NCBI GenBank assembly: GCA_050179755.1
Contig: JBFXEV010000001.1
Coordinates: 1,001,994-1,065,993 of the forward strand
DNA from: Candidatus Babeliales bacterium
GTDB lineage: Bacteria > Babelota > Babeliae > Babelales > JBFXEV01
Reading direction: 5' to 3'
Length of the DNA: 64,000 bases
The stretch's first letter is position 1. Each line of letters starts with the position of its first letter. A program made the position numbers and the translations under genes. The notes under the pieces were generated by a model. The model was not told the DNA's origin and made no database searches. It worked only from the letters and a program-made list of their open reading frames with translations. Below, piece after piece: positions 38,914-48,194 of the stretch.

Positions 38914-40125
38914 CAATAAGATTAGTAAGCTTGAAAGAAGACTCAGTATAAATGCATACAGAAATGCAATTTGATGCCCGAGGTTCGACCAAAGTGCTCC
39001 AATAACAATGCTTGCAAGTAAATTTGCAACACCGTCCATACTTTGTAAAAAGCCAAAACCTATGCCGCGTACATGTATTGGTAAAAGTTCCGCTGTATAT
39101 GATTTTCCTACAGCGGTGATAATGCCAGCGCTTAGACCTGCGCTGACAAAAATGACGAGCCAGAATAGCATATTCGCTTTTGCAAAAATCATGCATAATG
39201 TAACGATCGAGAATAGTGCGTAGCCAAAGGACATGATAAATTTTCTGTTTATAAAGTCACTGATCGAGCCACTGCATAATTCTGCAAAGGATCGCACTAC
39301 ATTAAAGAGCACATAAAGTAGTATTGCCCGACTTGACGCAATTAAAGTTGAATTGCCTGCAGCTTGGAATACTTCTTGCGCGCGATACATGATGAGCGTT
39401 TTATGAAAATTTGAAATACCAAAAATAAACATTACCAATACAAAATAGTTAAAATTGTTTGGTAATGCTCTAAGATGTGCCATAAAAGAACCATTTACTC
39501 TTTCAATCGAAGGTGCTTTATAATTACTGGTGAAGAATAAGACAATCAACACGGAGATAATGCCAGGAATAAATGCAATTGCGTAATTAAAGCGCATAGT
39601 AAAAAGCTGGATAGTAAAAAAAGCAACCAAGGGACCTGCAATAGCTCCTAATGTATCAAGCGCTCGTTCTAAACCAAAAACTTTGCCATAATACTGAGGT
39701 AAAGAAATATTAGTCAACCAAACGTCACGCAACGGTTCTCGCAAGCCACGGCCCATCCATGCCAAAGCTTGATAGATAAATACTTGCCAAATATAGGTGG
39801 CAGTGCCCGTTAAGCTGACGAACAAAGTAATGACAAAATAGCCCAAGACAACAAATGGTTTAAAGTTGATGATATGATGGCTAAGCCATCCGGAGACTAG
39901 TTTCATGGCGCTTGAAGCAGCATCAGCAAATCCGGTAATTATACCCAGTGCCAAGGGTGCATGTGCCACCCCAGTGAATTGCTGCACAAATGTAGGTAAT
40001 AAAGCAGTTGACATTTCATGGCAAAAATTACTAAAAAAACTAGTAAAGCTAAAAGCTAAAAGATCTCTTGAAAGCCAACTGGTTGCTGCCAATGAGCGTA
40101 ATGGGTTGAGGTATGGTCTGTGCAT
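38902..40125 (-). CDS. MFS transporter
   Basis: About 12 TM segments; GRGLREPLRD, GKVFGLERALDTLGA. Confidence 0.9.
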   Translation of the reverse strand: MHRPYLNPLRSLAATSWLSRDLLAFSFTSFFSNFCHEMSTALLPTFVQQFTGVAHAPLALGIITGFADAASSAMKLVSGWLSHHIINFKPFVVLGYFVITLFVSLTGTATYIWQVFIYQALAWMGRGLREPLRDVWLTNISLPQYYGKVFGLERALDTLGAIAGPLVAFFTIQLFTMRFNYAIAFIPGIISVLIVLFFTSNYKAPSIERVNGSFMAHLRALPNNFNYFVLVMFIFGISNFHKTLIMYRAQEVFQAAGNSTLIASSRAILLYVLFNVVRSFAELCSGSISDFINRKFIMSFGYALFSIVTLCMIFAKANMLFWLVIFVSAGLSAGIITAVGKSYTAELLPIHVRGIGFGFLQSMDGVANLLASIVIGALWSNLGHQIAFLYAFILSLLSSLLILLLKR

Positions 40126-40267
40126 AGTAGATATCCTTTTTTTTACTCTAGCACGTGACTAACTACATTTAATAGAGTTACGTTTCTTTTGATATAACTC
40201 TTTAAATCATTATTTGCTTTTGCTATGCTGGTGTAATATAATTAAAAACCTTGTCTGCGGAGGATAT

Positions 40268-40981
40268 ATGAGTAGGCACTTTTCTTTTATAGTAATTTGT
40301 GGTGGCATTATTCTGCAGGCAACATTAGTGCATGCGCATCAACGCATGGTAATTTCTGGTGGCCCTGGTATTGGCAAAACTACCGTGCTTAAAGAATTGC
40401 GCAAGCGAGGATATCAAACAATTTCAGAAACGTTTACTTCATTATTCGAGCAAGCGGCAACGCAAGATGCATTGGATGTTTTTTTTAACGGGCCAAAACA
40501 ATTAGAAATGCTTTTTCTTACTGAACAAGTGCGTAAAGAATCATTACTAGCGCCCCAGCTGCCTGCGTTTCTTGATAGATCAGTTGTTGATATCATGGCA
40601 TATGGTTATTATTTGCACGTGCCGATATCAGATGAAATGCTCCGGCTATCTGATAGAAAGTATGATTTAGTATTTTTTCTTGAGCCGCTGCCAGAAGAAT
40701 ATTATAGAAATTCGTCTGTACGTAGAGAATCACGGGAGGTAGCTCTTGATATTCACCAGATGCTTAAAGCTGCCTACATGCAACGTGGTTATTATCCACA
40801 TCAAATGATTGATGTGCCATTTGGCACACCGCAAGAACGTGCGCAATTTATTATTGATGTAATGTTAGAGCGCTGTTTTCATATTGATGTGTTTGATAGT
40901 TTTGCAACTCAGAATGCATCAAACAAAGGCATATTCTTAGTGAATGTATTGCGTTTCCTTTCTCATATGCAAGTAGCATGA
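40268..40981 (+). CDS. AAA_28 (NadR/Ttd14-like) P-loop NTPase, paralog 1
   Basis: ISGGPGIGKTT, FLDRS, YDLVFFLEP; GGAGG before ATG 40268; signal peptide ending VHA. Confidence 0.85.
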   Translation: MSRHFSFIVICGGIILQATLVHAHQRMVISGGPGIGKTTVLKELRKRGYQTISETFTSLFEQAATQDALDVFFNGPKQLEMLFLTEQVRKESLLAPQLPAFLDRSVVDIMAYGYYLHVPISDEMLRLSDRKYDLVFFLEPLPEEYYRNSSVRRESREVALDIHQMLKAAYMQRGYYPHQMIDVPFGTPQERAQFIIDVMLERCFHIDVFDSFATQNASNKGIFLVNVLRFLSHMQVA

Positions 40982-41595
40982 TAATTAAAGCAGTATTTTT
41001 TGTGAGCCTAACGTCAATTTCTCTTCCGGCAGCATGTGATGCTAAACGATTTGTTATAACGGGCGGGCCAGGCGTAGGCAAAACAACGCTTATTAATGAA
41101 TTGAAACAACAAGGATATCAAACTGTTCCCGAGATATATGGCGAGCTTTATGCGCATGCAGTAGCGCACAATATGCTTGCTAGTTTTTTTGCAGATCCTT
41201 GCGCATTATATACTCAGCTACTTGAGGAGCAAATTAAGTATGAATCTTTGTTAGATATGCACATGCCTGCTTTTCTTGATAGATCAGCAATTGATATATT
41301 AGCGTTTGCGCAGTATTTTAATGTGCCTCTATCTGAGCAATTTTGTGAACGCGCGCTCAGAGAGTATGATACAATATTTCTTTTAGACCCACTTCCACGG
41401 CACTTATATGAGCAATGCGCACGACGCAAAGAAACGCAAGAAGAAGCAGCTTGCTTGCATGCAATGATTAAGTTGATGTATATAAGTAAGGGGTATCAAG
41501 AACAGCAACTCATAGATGTACCTTTTGGAACTCCTTTACAACGCATTGAATTTATATTTGCAGCACTAAAATCAATTAATGGCATTGTTCCATGA
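40978..41595 (+). CDS. AAA_28 (NadR/Ttd14-like) P-loop NTPase, paralog 2
   Basis: ITGGPGVGKTT, FLDRS, IDVPFGTP; ATGA overlap with paralog 1. Confidence 0.85.
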   Translation: MIIKAVFFVSLTSISLPAACDAKRFVITGGPGVGKTTLINELKQQGYQTVPEIYGELYAHAVAHNMLASFFADPCALYTQLLEEQIKYESLLDMHMPAFLDRSAIDILAFAQYFNVPLSEQFCERALREYDTIFLLDPLPRHLYEQCARRKETQEEAACLHAMIKLMYISKGYQEQQLIDVPFGTPLQRIEFIFAALKSINGIVP

Positions 41596-41665
41596 TGCCA
41601 ATAAAAAAGAAACTCATCTGGTATACTAAAAATACTGTTAATCTCAAGTTCATAAAGGAGTAGCA

Positions 41666-41989
41666 ATGAACGTTCTTGTTTCAAATCAATTTTTACATAC
41701 CATTCGCGATGCAATAGGTCTTATTGGCGTGGCCATTATTTGCATTGGTGCAATACGGGCAGTATATCAATTGTATAAAGGATTTGTGGATCACGCATAT
41801 GATATGAATGCTGTGCGGTTAGGGTTTGGCGATAGCATCATTCTTGGTTTAGAATTTATGATGGGCGCCGATATTATTGCTTCGCTCGTGGCACCCGACT
41901 ATTATAACCTTGGTCTTTTGGCAATTATTGTGGTCATTCGCACGGTTTTAAGTTATTTTTTAAGCCGAGAATTAGAGCAGCGCGCATAA
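41666..41989 (+). CDS. DUF1622-family membrane protein
   Basis: RLGFG..IILGLEFMMGADII...IRTVLSYFLSRE. Confidence 0.85.
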   Translation: MNVLVSNQFLHTIRDAIGLIGVAIICIGAIRAVYQLYKGFVDHAYDMNAVRLGFGDSIILGLEFMMGADIIASLVAPDYYNLGLLAIIVVIRTVLSYFLSRELEQRA

Positions 41990-41994
41990 TACAT

Positions 41995-42037
41995 CACTCA
42001 CTCTGAGTGTTTTTCCGATGGGAAAAGTATCGAAGGG
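41995..42037 (+). repeat. REP-like palindrome (family 2)
   Basis: CACTCACTCTGAGTG TTTTTCC..GGAAAA GTATCGAAGGG. Confidence 0.5.
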
Positions 42038-42149
42038 TTTTGAGCGATAGTACCCGTGTGACTTGCTATAATAGCTTGCATATTACAACCCTGGCAGGTA
42101 TCATTGAAGTGTTTTAGATGCATTATAACCAGTTAATTATCAATGAAAG

Positions 42150-43016
42150 ATGATAAGCATGACTCAAATTAAAGACAAATTTTTGGACACGGTAAAATCG
42201 CTTTTGATTATTTTACCAATCGCTTTTTTTATACGCACGTTTGTATATGGTTTATATCAGGTGCCAACAAGCTCCATGGAAACCACTATGCTTGTGGGAG
42301 AGCGATTTTTGGCAGATAAGTTTTCTGTATGGCTTGGCAGGCTAGAGCGCGGCAATATTATTGCCTTTAATGATTATTGGCGATTTAAATATTCTACCAA
42401 TCCTGCAAAGCGTCTGTTCCAGATGTATGTCTGGGGACCCGAAAATTGGACCAAACGAATCATTGGAAAACCAGGAGATCATGTAAAAGGTGTGATTGAA
42501 GATGGTAAGCCGGTGGTATATTTGAATGGTCAAAAACTAGATGAGCCCTATGTAAATAAATATCCTCTTATTGCCACCTACGTGCCAGGAGGCGCACCAA
42601 TAGATGGTAGTTCTTATTTATATCGTTCATACGATCCCTCTGTATCACTTGAAGCGCAGCCGTTTTACCGTTTGGAACAAGCAAATGTAGCTCTTGCAAA
42701 ACGTATGTTCACGGCAATGGGTGCATCACCAATTCTTGAACCAGGTACTCCGGTGACTGATGGTAACCGTAACGTTGATGAATTTGACGAGCAGCTGGGT
42801 GAGAATGAATATTGGGTAATGGGTGATAATAGAATGAATAGTGGCGATTCCCGATTTAATGGGCCACTCCCTGCAGAATATATTCATGCAAAGATTGTGT
42901 TGAGATTATGGTCAATTGATAGTGCTGAATCATGGTGGATTGTTGATTTGATTAAACATCCTATTGATTTTTGGACACGCGTGCGTTGGTCAAGGTTCTT
43001 TCAAATTCTTTCATAA
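42150..43016 (+). CDS. lepB: Signal peptidase I
   Basis: VPTSSMETT (Ser), KRIIGKPGD (Lys), VMGDNRMNSGDSR. Confidence 0.93.
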   Translation: MISMTQIKDKFLDTVKSLLIILPIAFFIRTFVYGLYQVPTSSMETTMLVGERFLADKFSVWLGRLERGNIIAFNDYWRFKYSTNPAKRLFQMYVWGPENWTKRIIGKPGDHVKGVIEDGKPVVYLNGQKLDEPYVNKYPLIATYVPGGAPIDGSSYLYRSYDPSVSLEAQPFYRLEQANVALAKRMFTAMGASPILEPGTPVTDGNRNVDEFDEQLGENEYWVMGDNRMNSGDSRFNGPLPAEYIHAKIVLRLWSIDSAESWWIVDLIKHPIDFWTRVRWSRFFQILS

Positions 43017-43028
43017 AGAATAAAATGC

Positions 43029-43054
43029 AAGGGAGCATCGCAAGATGCTCCCTT
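43029..43054. terminator. Hairpin between convergent genes (probable bidirectional terminator)
   Basis: AAGGGAGCATC-GCAA-GATGCTCCCTT, 11-bp perfect stem. Confidence 0.8.
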
Positions 43055-43062
43055 AATTGTTT

Positions 43063-44013
43063 TTAAAGAAGGCCTTCCCATTCTTTGCAATATGCAATAC
43101 GTTCAGACAGCAATGGGTGCAAATTATCTCCCAAATTGTCGCCATTTTTATCAATAACTATACGGTGTTTCCAGCTTAGCTCACGCATTGGCTTTTGTTG
43201 TTCTTGTATCCGACTGAAAAAGTCACACGCACCTTTGCTTGATTTAAGGTGTTTTATTGCAAACCAATCAGCATCGCGTTCTACTTGGCGTGACCATGCA
43301 TTATATAATTTCCAAGCCACAAAGCACGTAGTAACGCCACATGTTGAAACCCAATTATTTGTGGTGTTAATGTTGGTGAGTGTAGTATCTGCAAAGCTGT
43401 GTGGAGCAACACGTTCTTTTAGATACGTTGTAGCTTTATTTACACCTGCATCCCATGCGCGTAAACCATAGTGGGCAATAAACGGTGCTGCCAAAGCAAC
43501 CACGATTCCTTCTGCATTATCTTTAGCTTGCAGATGTGCAAGTTCATGACCTACCAGAAATTCAAGTTCTTCTAATGAATAGTTGGCGACCATAGATTGA
43601 TTAATAAGCATAACGTTGCTACCTATTGCCAATGCAGGCTGTACATAAGGCGACGTGCTATTAAGCACGCGTATTGTCTTTGGATCAATGCCAAATTTTG
43701 TAAGAATAGTATTAATAGTTTCTTGTAGCTCTGGAGAAAGATCCTCACTTGCGCCAAATGTTGTTTTTGCCGTTTGAATAGGATCAAACTCCCGCAAGAT
43801 GCTTACCATTGCTGTGCGAGGAAAGCTCCACGTGGCCAGGAACCAATAACCATACTTTTTCATTTCTGGCGTGAGCCAGGCGTTGGCTTGCCCCGATGCT
43901 ACTTGATCAGCGCGCACAGGTGCCGAAAAGCACAGCAGGCCAATCAAAAGAATAGTTAAAGGTTTTTTTGTAAGGGAAGTGATTTTTTGAAAGATCATGA
44001 TGACCCCTTTCAA
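43063..44013 (-). CDS. M48-family zinc metallopeptidase, exported
   Basis: GHELAHL (HExxH), SRQVERDAD, LHPLLSERI. Confidence 0.88.
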   Translation of the reverse strand: MKGVIMIFQKITSLTKKPLTILLIGLLCFSAPVRADQVASGQANAWLTPEMKKYGYWFLATWSFPRTAMVSILREFDPIQTAKTTFGASEDLSPELQETINTILTKFGIDPKTIRVLNSTSPYVQPALAIGSNVMLINQSMVANYSLEELEFLVGHELAHLQAKDNAEGIVVALAAPFIAHYGLRAWDAGVNKATTYLKERVAPHSFADTTLTNINTTNNWVSTCGVTTCFVAWKLYNAWSRQVERDADWFAIKHLKSSKGACDFFSRIQEQQKPMRELSWKHRIVIDKNGDNLGDNLHPLLSERIAYCKEWEGLL

Positions 44014-44380
44014 GTAGAAGTGAGTATATTTTTGCCAGCTGAATTACTATTATATCTATTTTTTATATACTATAGTCCATTGTATGCCTGATAATGCATA
44101 AGTCAATTGAAAATAATGCAAAGATTACTTTCTTGCCAGTCAATTTGCGCACATTATGCGTTTTCCGCTGTATTTATTGCCTTTTTTAGGAAAAAGTTTA
44201 TAGTAATAGACGGTGCATTCGAGCGTATTTGGCAAGGTGTCTTGCAAAATAACTAGTTTAGTTAGATAGTATATTTTTAATACTACCAATAATTATGACA
44301 ATCTCCCTCGTTAAAAAGGGTATGTTGCACCGATTGGCATTACCATTGGTGTGATATTAATTTTTAGATAGAGGAGAGCT

Positions 44381-45775
44381 ATGCTCAGTTCCTTAATTCA
44401 TTATTTTTATCCGGATTTAAAACCAAATGAGGTAAAGAAATTCGGAATTTTAGCGTTAATTTTCTCATTAATTATTGGCGGCTATTGGTTAATACGTCTT
44501 CTTAAGAATACGTTATTTATTAAAGTTTGTTTCCCTGAAGATTTAGGTTGTATTCCAAACCAAGGTCTTCTTTTGCAACCTACAGCAAAATTAATTTCTC
44601 CACTAGTAGTGTTTGCCTTGGTGCTTGTCTACTCCAAGTTAGTAGATATGTATAAAAAGCACGTACTCTTCTATATTATTGCTTCTGTATATGTATTGCT
44701 TTTTGGTTCATTTACCGTGATGCTTTTTTTGAGAAACATGTATGGTAATGCTTTCTTGGGTAAAACATTGCTTGGAGCATTTGGTTGGGTGTCATACTTT
44801 ACCATTGAAAGTTTTGGCTCGTTAATTGTTGCGCTTTTCTGGTCTTTCACTAACAGTATCACTGCATCTGATTCTGCAAAACGTGGCTATCCGCTTATTA
44901 TTGCGTGTGCTCAAGTCGGCGCAATTATTGGTGCAGGGCTTATGATTTTTTCTCACACGTTTGGTTTGCCACAATTATTGGCAGTTGTAACTTTGACTAC
45001 AGCGGCTATTATTCCCGCTGTTTATTACTTTATGAAAGAAGTTCCTGCTTCTGATCAAGTGGGTGATCCAAAAAGTGCAAAAACTGAAGGTAAATCGGAA
45101 GGTTCTGCTGGCTTTTTAGAAGGTATTCGTTTACTTTTCACTAAGCCATATTTGATGGGTATTTTACTTGTTTCTACTATTTATGAAGTTATGAACCAAG
45201 TGCTTGAATATCAAATGCAGTATCAAGTTAATAGCTCATCTACTTTTGCTGGTGAATTAGGTTTTGCACAGTTCCAAGGTTATTATGGTGTGGCAACAAA
45301 CACGCTATCATTCTTAATGGCGCTTCTTGGCACAAGCTATTTGATTAAAAAGTATGGCTTACGTTTTGGTCTTTTATTCTTCCCAGCGTGCCTTGTAGCA
45401 GCGCTTGCGAGCTTGCTTGCATTCTACTATTTTGGCAATCCAACTGCTGGTGCATTGCTTGCAGCAACGTTTGTTGCCATGATGATTGCAAAAGGTCTTG
45501 GCTATGCGGTGAACAACCCAGTTAAAGAAATGATGTATATTCCAACAAGTAAAGATGCTAAATTCAAAACCAAAGGTTTCATTGACGTCTTTGGTAGCCG
45601 TATGGCAAAAATGGGTGGTGGTCAGATCAACAATATGTTTAAAACGAGCTTTAACGATCTTATTGTGTATGGCACGCTATTCAGCTTTGGTTTATCGGCA
45701 GTGTGGATCTTGGCAGCAGTCTATGTTGGTAACAAGAATGCTCAATTGATTAAAGATAATCAAATTGTTGAGTAA
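44381..45775 (+). CDS. NTT/TLC family nucleotide (ATP/ADP) transporter
   Basis: EVKKF, LFWSFTNSI...AKRGYP, KEMMYIPTSKDAKFKTKGFIDVFGSRMAKMGG. Confidence 0.92.
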   Translation: MLSSLIHYFYPDLKPNEVKKFGILALIFSLIIGGYWLIRLLKNTLFIKVCFPEDLGCIPNQGLLLQPTAKLISPLVVFALVLVYSKLVDMYKKHVLFYIIASVYVLLFGSFTVMLFLRNMYGNAFLGKTLLGAFGWVSYFTIESFGSLIVALFWSFTNSITASDSAKRGYPLIIACAQVGAIIGAGLMIFSHTFGLPQLLAVVTLTTAAIIPAVYYFMKEVPASDQVGDPKSAKTEGKSEGSAGFLEGIRLLFTKPYLMGILLVSTIYEVMNQVLEYQMQYQVNSSSTFAGELGFAQFQGYYGVATNTLSFLMALLGTSYLIKKYGLRFGLLFFPACLVAALASLLAFYYFGNPTAGALLAATFVAMMIAKGLGYAVNNPVKEMMYIPTSKDAKFKTKGFIDVFGSRMAKMGGGQINNMFKTSFNDLIVYGTLFSFGLSAVWILAAVYVGNKNAQLIKDNQIVE

Positions 45776-45776
45776 T

Positions 45777-45803
45777 CCGCCTTCGCGCAATGCGCTACGG
45801 CGT
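45777..45803 (+). repeat. Single REP family 1 unit immediately after the NTT stop codon
   Basis: CCGCCTTCGCGCAATGCGCTACGGCGTGA. Confidence 0.8.
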
Positions 45804-45840
45804 GACTTTGGTCCGCTTTAGCATTAATAAATAATTTTTG

Positions 45841-45872
45841 TGGCATGAGAGTAAGCGATTATTCTCATGCCA
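45841..45872 (+). terminator. Hairpin TGGCATGAGA...TCTCATGCCA (repeated near 46492-46523 and 48128-48157)
   Basis: 10-bp perfect stem after the NTT gene. Confidence 0.65.
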
Positions 45873-45953
45873 TATTTAATGTAAAAAGTATTGGTGATAT
45901 GAATGAAGTGCGTATGTATAATAGCATTAATCTTAATATATTAAGGACGTGTC

Positions 45954-46478
45954 ATGTCATCTTCAAACTATGAATGGTCAAAAATTGTTCTCATGTTAGT
46001 GTTGCTTTGTTCAGCAGCAAGCAACTGTATGGACGCAGGATTTGCTGTGTCTGGGCAAATTAAAGTGGAAAAGCCAGCTGCGCCAAATGCATTAAAAATC
46101 ACAGAAATAATTAAAGACACTGATTTAAGATATTTGGCAACACTAGGTGCAGGTGCGGGTTTAACGGCAGCGGGAATTGCAGTATTGCTTAAAAGTTGTT
46201 GGGCTTCAAAAAATGTTGATGATTATAAAAAGGCATCTACGTTAGAAGAGTGGGAACGCTTGCGCTATCACTATGGTGAAGATAATATTCGCGGTGGCTC
46301 TGGATTTTTTTATATTTGTACTGGTTTATTTATTATTGCAAATGCTAAGAATATTCCGGCATTTTATGACAGAGTTGGTGAATGGCTAGGTACTGGGCTA
46401 CAAAGATTTTTAAATACGTATTCCGTGGTAAATGTACTTTCTAATGGTGCAAAAGATGTTCCAAAGTTTGATATATAA
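45954..46478 (+). CDS. Hypothetical exported membrane protein, copy 1
   Basis: Signal peptide ending SNC-MDA; Gly-rich TM LATLGAGAGLTAAGIAVLL. Confidence 0.75.
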   Translation: MSSSNYEWSKIVLMLVLLCSAASNCMDAGFAVSGQIKVEKPAAPNALKITEIIKDTDLRYLATLGAGAGLTAAGIAVLLKSCWASKNVDDYKKASTLEEWERLRYHYGEDNIRGGSGFFYICTGLFIIANAKNIPAFYDRVGEWLGTGLQRFLNTYSVVNVLSNGAKDVPKFDI

Positions 46479-46506
46479 AGTATGACATTTTATGGCATGA
46501 GAGCAG
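46127..46506 (+). repeat. 380-bp direct repeat, copy A (copy B at 47762-48141)
   Basis: About 8 substitutions by eye, no indels. Confidence 0.93.
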
Positions 46507-46576
46507 AATGGTTCTCATGCCATTTTCCATTTAAAACTGGTACAACCAATAATACTATAACAGCAGAAAAGATACG

Positions 46577-46923
46577 TGTCATATTCAAAATTATTACTTT
46601 TGGTATGCTTGAGCACTCATAGTTTTACATTTGGGCATTTTGCCTGATGATCAAAAAGGCATAAAGATTTCAGATTATTTCAGATTCTGATTATAGATAT
46701 TTGACATATGTTGGGCTAGGTGGCGCAACTTCATTGGGCGGGATTGCGCTTATGGTTAAAAGCTTCTGGAAAACGCGAGCTGCTGAAGAGTATAAAAATA
46801 CAAACTTTTTGGAGAGAGTGCAGGAAGATTGTAAACAAAGTGGGCAATTTATTAATGGTGCTATTACAACGTGTGTGGATTGGCAATCATAGCAAACTTA
46901 AAAACTATGCCAACGTATTGTGA
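46577..46923 (+). pseudogene. Frameshifted paralog of 45954-46478
   Basis: SDYRYLTYVGLGGATSLGGIALMVKSFWK matches TDLRYLATLGAGAGLTAAGIAVLLKSCWA; signal peptide lies in another frame. Confidence 0.7.
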
Positions 46924-46991
46924 CGCAAATGCGCAGGCAGATCTTAATCGACGTGGTTTGTAAATAAATTTTAATTTTTCTAGAGGATATT

Positions 46992-47582
46992 ATGAAAATT
47001 ATTGGTTATATATCATTGGTGATTTCTTTAATGGTATCGCCTCTCTTTGGAATGGAGCTAGATGGTAGAGGAAAAGACGAAAGGCGCTCAATTCAATTTT
47101 TGGACCAAGCTGCCTATGTTAATGGTAGTTTGATAAATTCAGAAACAAGCCGTGCAATAGAAACATGGAAAAAAGCTGAGGATAAATTAACTGACTTAGA
47201 AGAACGTCAAAATAATAAGCCTGTTATAAGTCGATTGGCCTCTTTAGGTTTCCCCTCTGCTGTTGTATTATTGCATAATTTGTTTCCTAATGGTGTACCT
47301 CTGTGGGATGTACAAGGCCAATGGGTAGCTGGAGCAATACTTGTTGGTGGTTTGGCGGCATCTTTCTGGGGATTGAGCAAAGCAGATGAAGTAAAAAAAG
47401 TTGAAGAATTAGAAACAAAAACAATGAGTACTGATTTGCCTGCGTTGCGTCAAGTATTTCAGCAGTTAAAACCGGATGCAAGAGTTGATGCAAGTAATCT
47501 ATTACTATTACATGCTAAGTCTTACAAAGACTGGGACAAAGTAAGATCAGCGTTAGACGTCAATAATAATAATAACGATTAA
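46992..47582 (+). CDS. Hypothetical exported membrane protein
   Basis: Signal peptide ending LFG-MEL; two hydrophobic segments; GAGG upstream. Confidence 0.75.
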   Translation: MKIIGYISLVISLMVSPLFGMELDGRGKDERRSIQFLDQAAYVNGSLINSETSRAIETWKKAEDKLTDLEERQNNKPVISRLASLGFPSAVVLLHNLFPNGVPLWDVQGQWVAGAILVGGLAASFWGLSKADEVKKVEELETKTMSTDLPALRQVFQQLKPDARVDASNLLLLHAKSYKDWDKVRSALDVNNNNND

Positions 47583-47603
47583 TATAAGTATATTATGCAT
47601 ACT

Positions 47604-48113
47604 ATGAATATGTTGCAAAAAATAGTGGTAATGGTTTTCTTGCTTAATCTAAGCGCTGGTTGAGTGATAGCTTCTGACAATGCGTGCAATGCTTTGCAGG
47701 AATTTGTTGCTGTATTGGAGCCTATTAAAACAAATGCTGAAATAATACCAAACAGTGACCCAAGATATTTGGCAACACTAGGTGCAGGTGCGGGTTTAAC
47801 GGCAGCGGGAATTGCAGTATTGCTTAAAAGTTGTTGGGCTTCAAAAAATGTAGATGATTATAAAAAGGCATCTACGTTAGAAGATTGGGAACGCTTGCGC
47901 TATCACTATGGTGAAGATAATATGCGCGGTGGTTCTGGATTTTTTTATATTTGTACTGGTTTATTTATTATTGCAAATGCTAAGAATATTCCAGCATTTT
48001 ATGACAGAGTTGGTGAATGGCTAGGTACTGGGCTACAAAGATTTTTAAATACGTATTCCGTGGTAAATGTACTTTCTAATGGGGCAAAAGATGTTTCAAA
48101 GTTTGATATATAA
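47604..48113 (+). pseudogene. Copy 3 of the 45954 family, signal peptide interrupted by an in-frame TGA
   Basis: MNMLQKIVVMVFLLNLSAG*VIASDNA... in frame; TGA at 47661-47663. Confidence 0.65.
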
Positions 48114-48141
48114 AATATGACATTTTATGGCATGAGAGCAG
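47762..48141 (+). repeat. 380-bp direct repeat, copy B
   Basis: Matches 46127-46506. Confidence 0.93.
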
Positions 48142-48194
48142 TAATGTGCTCACGCCTTTTATCATAGGTACATACATAGTATGGAAGGTTTATT

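Noticed and set aside
47661..47663. In-frame TGA codons (here and at 32619) as evidence of genetic code reassignment
   Set aside because: TGA terminates many intact genes in the window (ligase, MATE, prs, ku), so these are ordinary nonsense mutations.
45841..48157. Repeated hairpins as integron attC sites
   Set aside because: No RYYYAAC/GTTRRRY boxes, too short, and no integrase.
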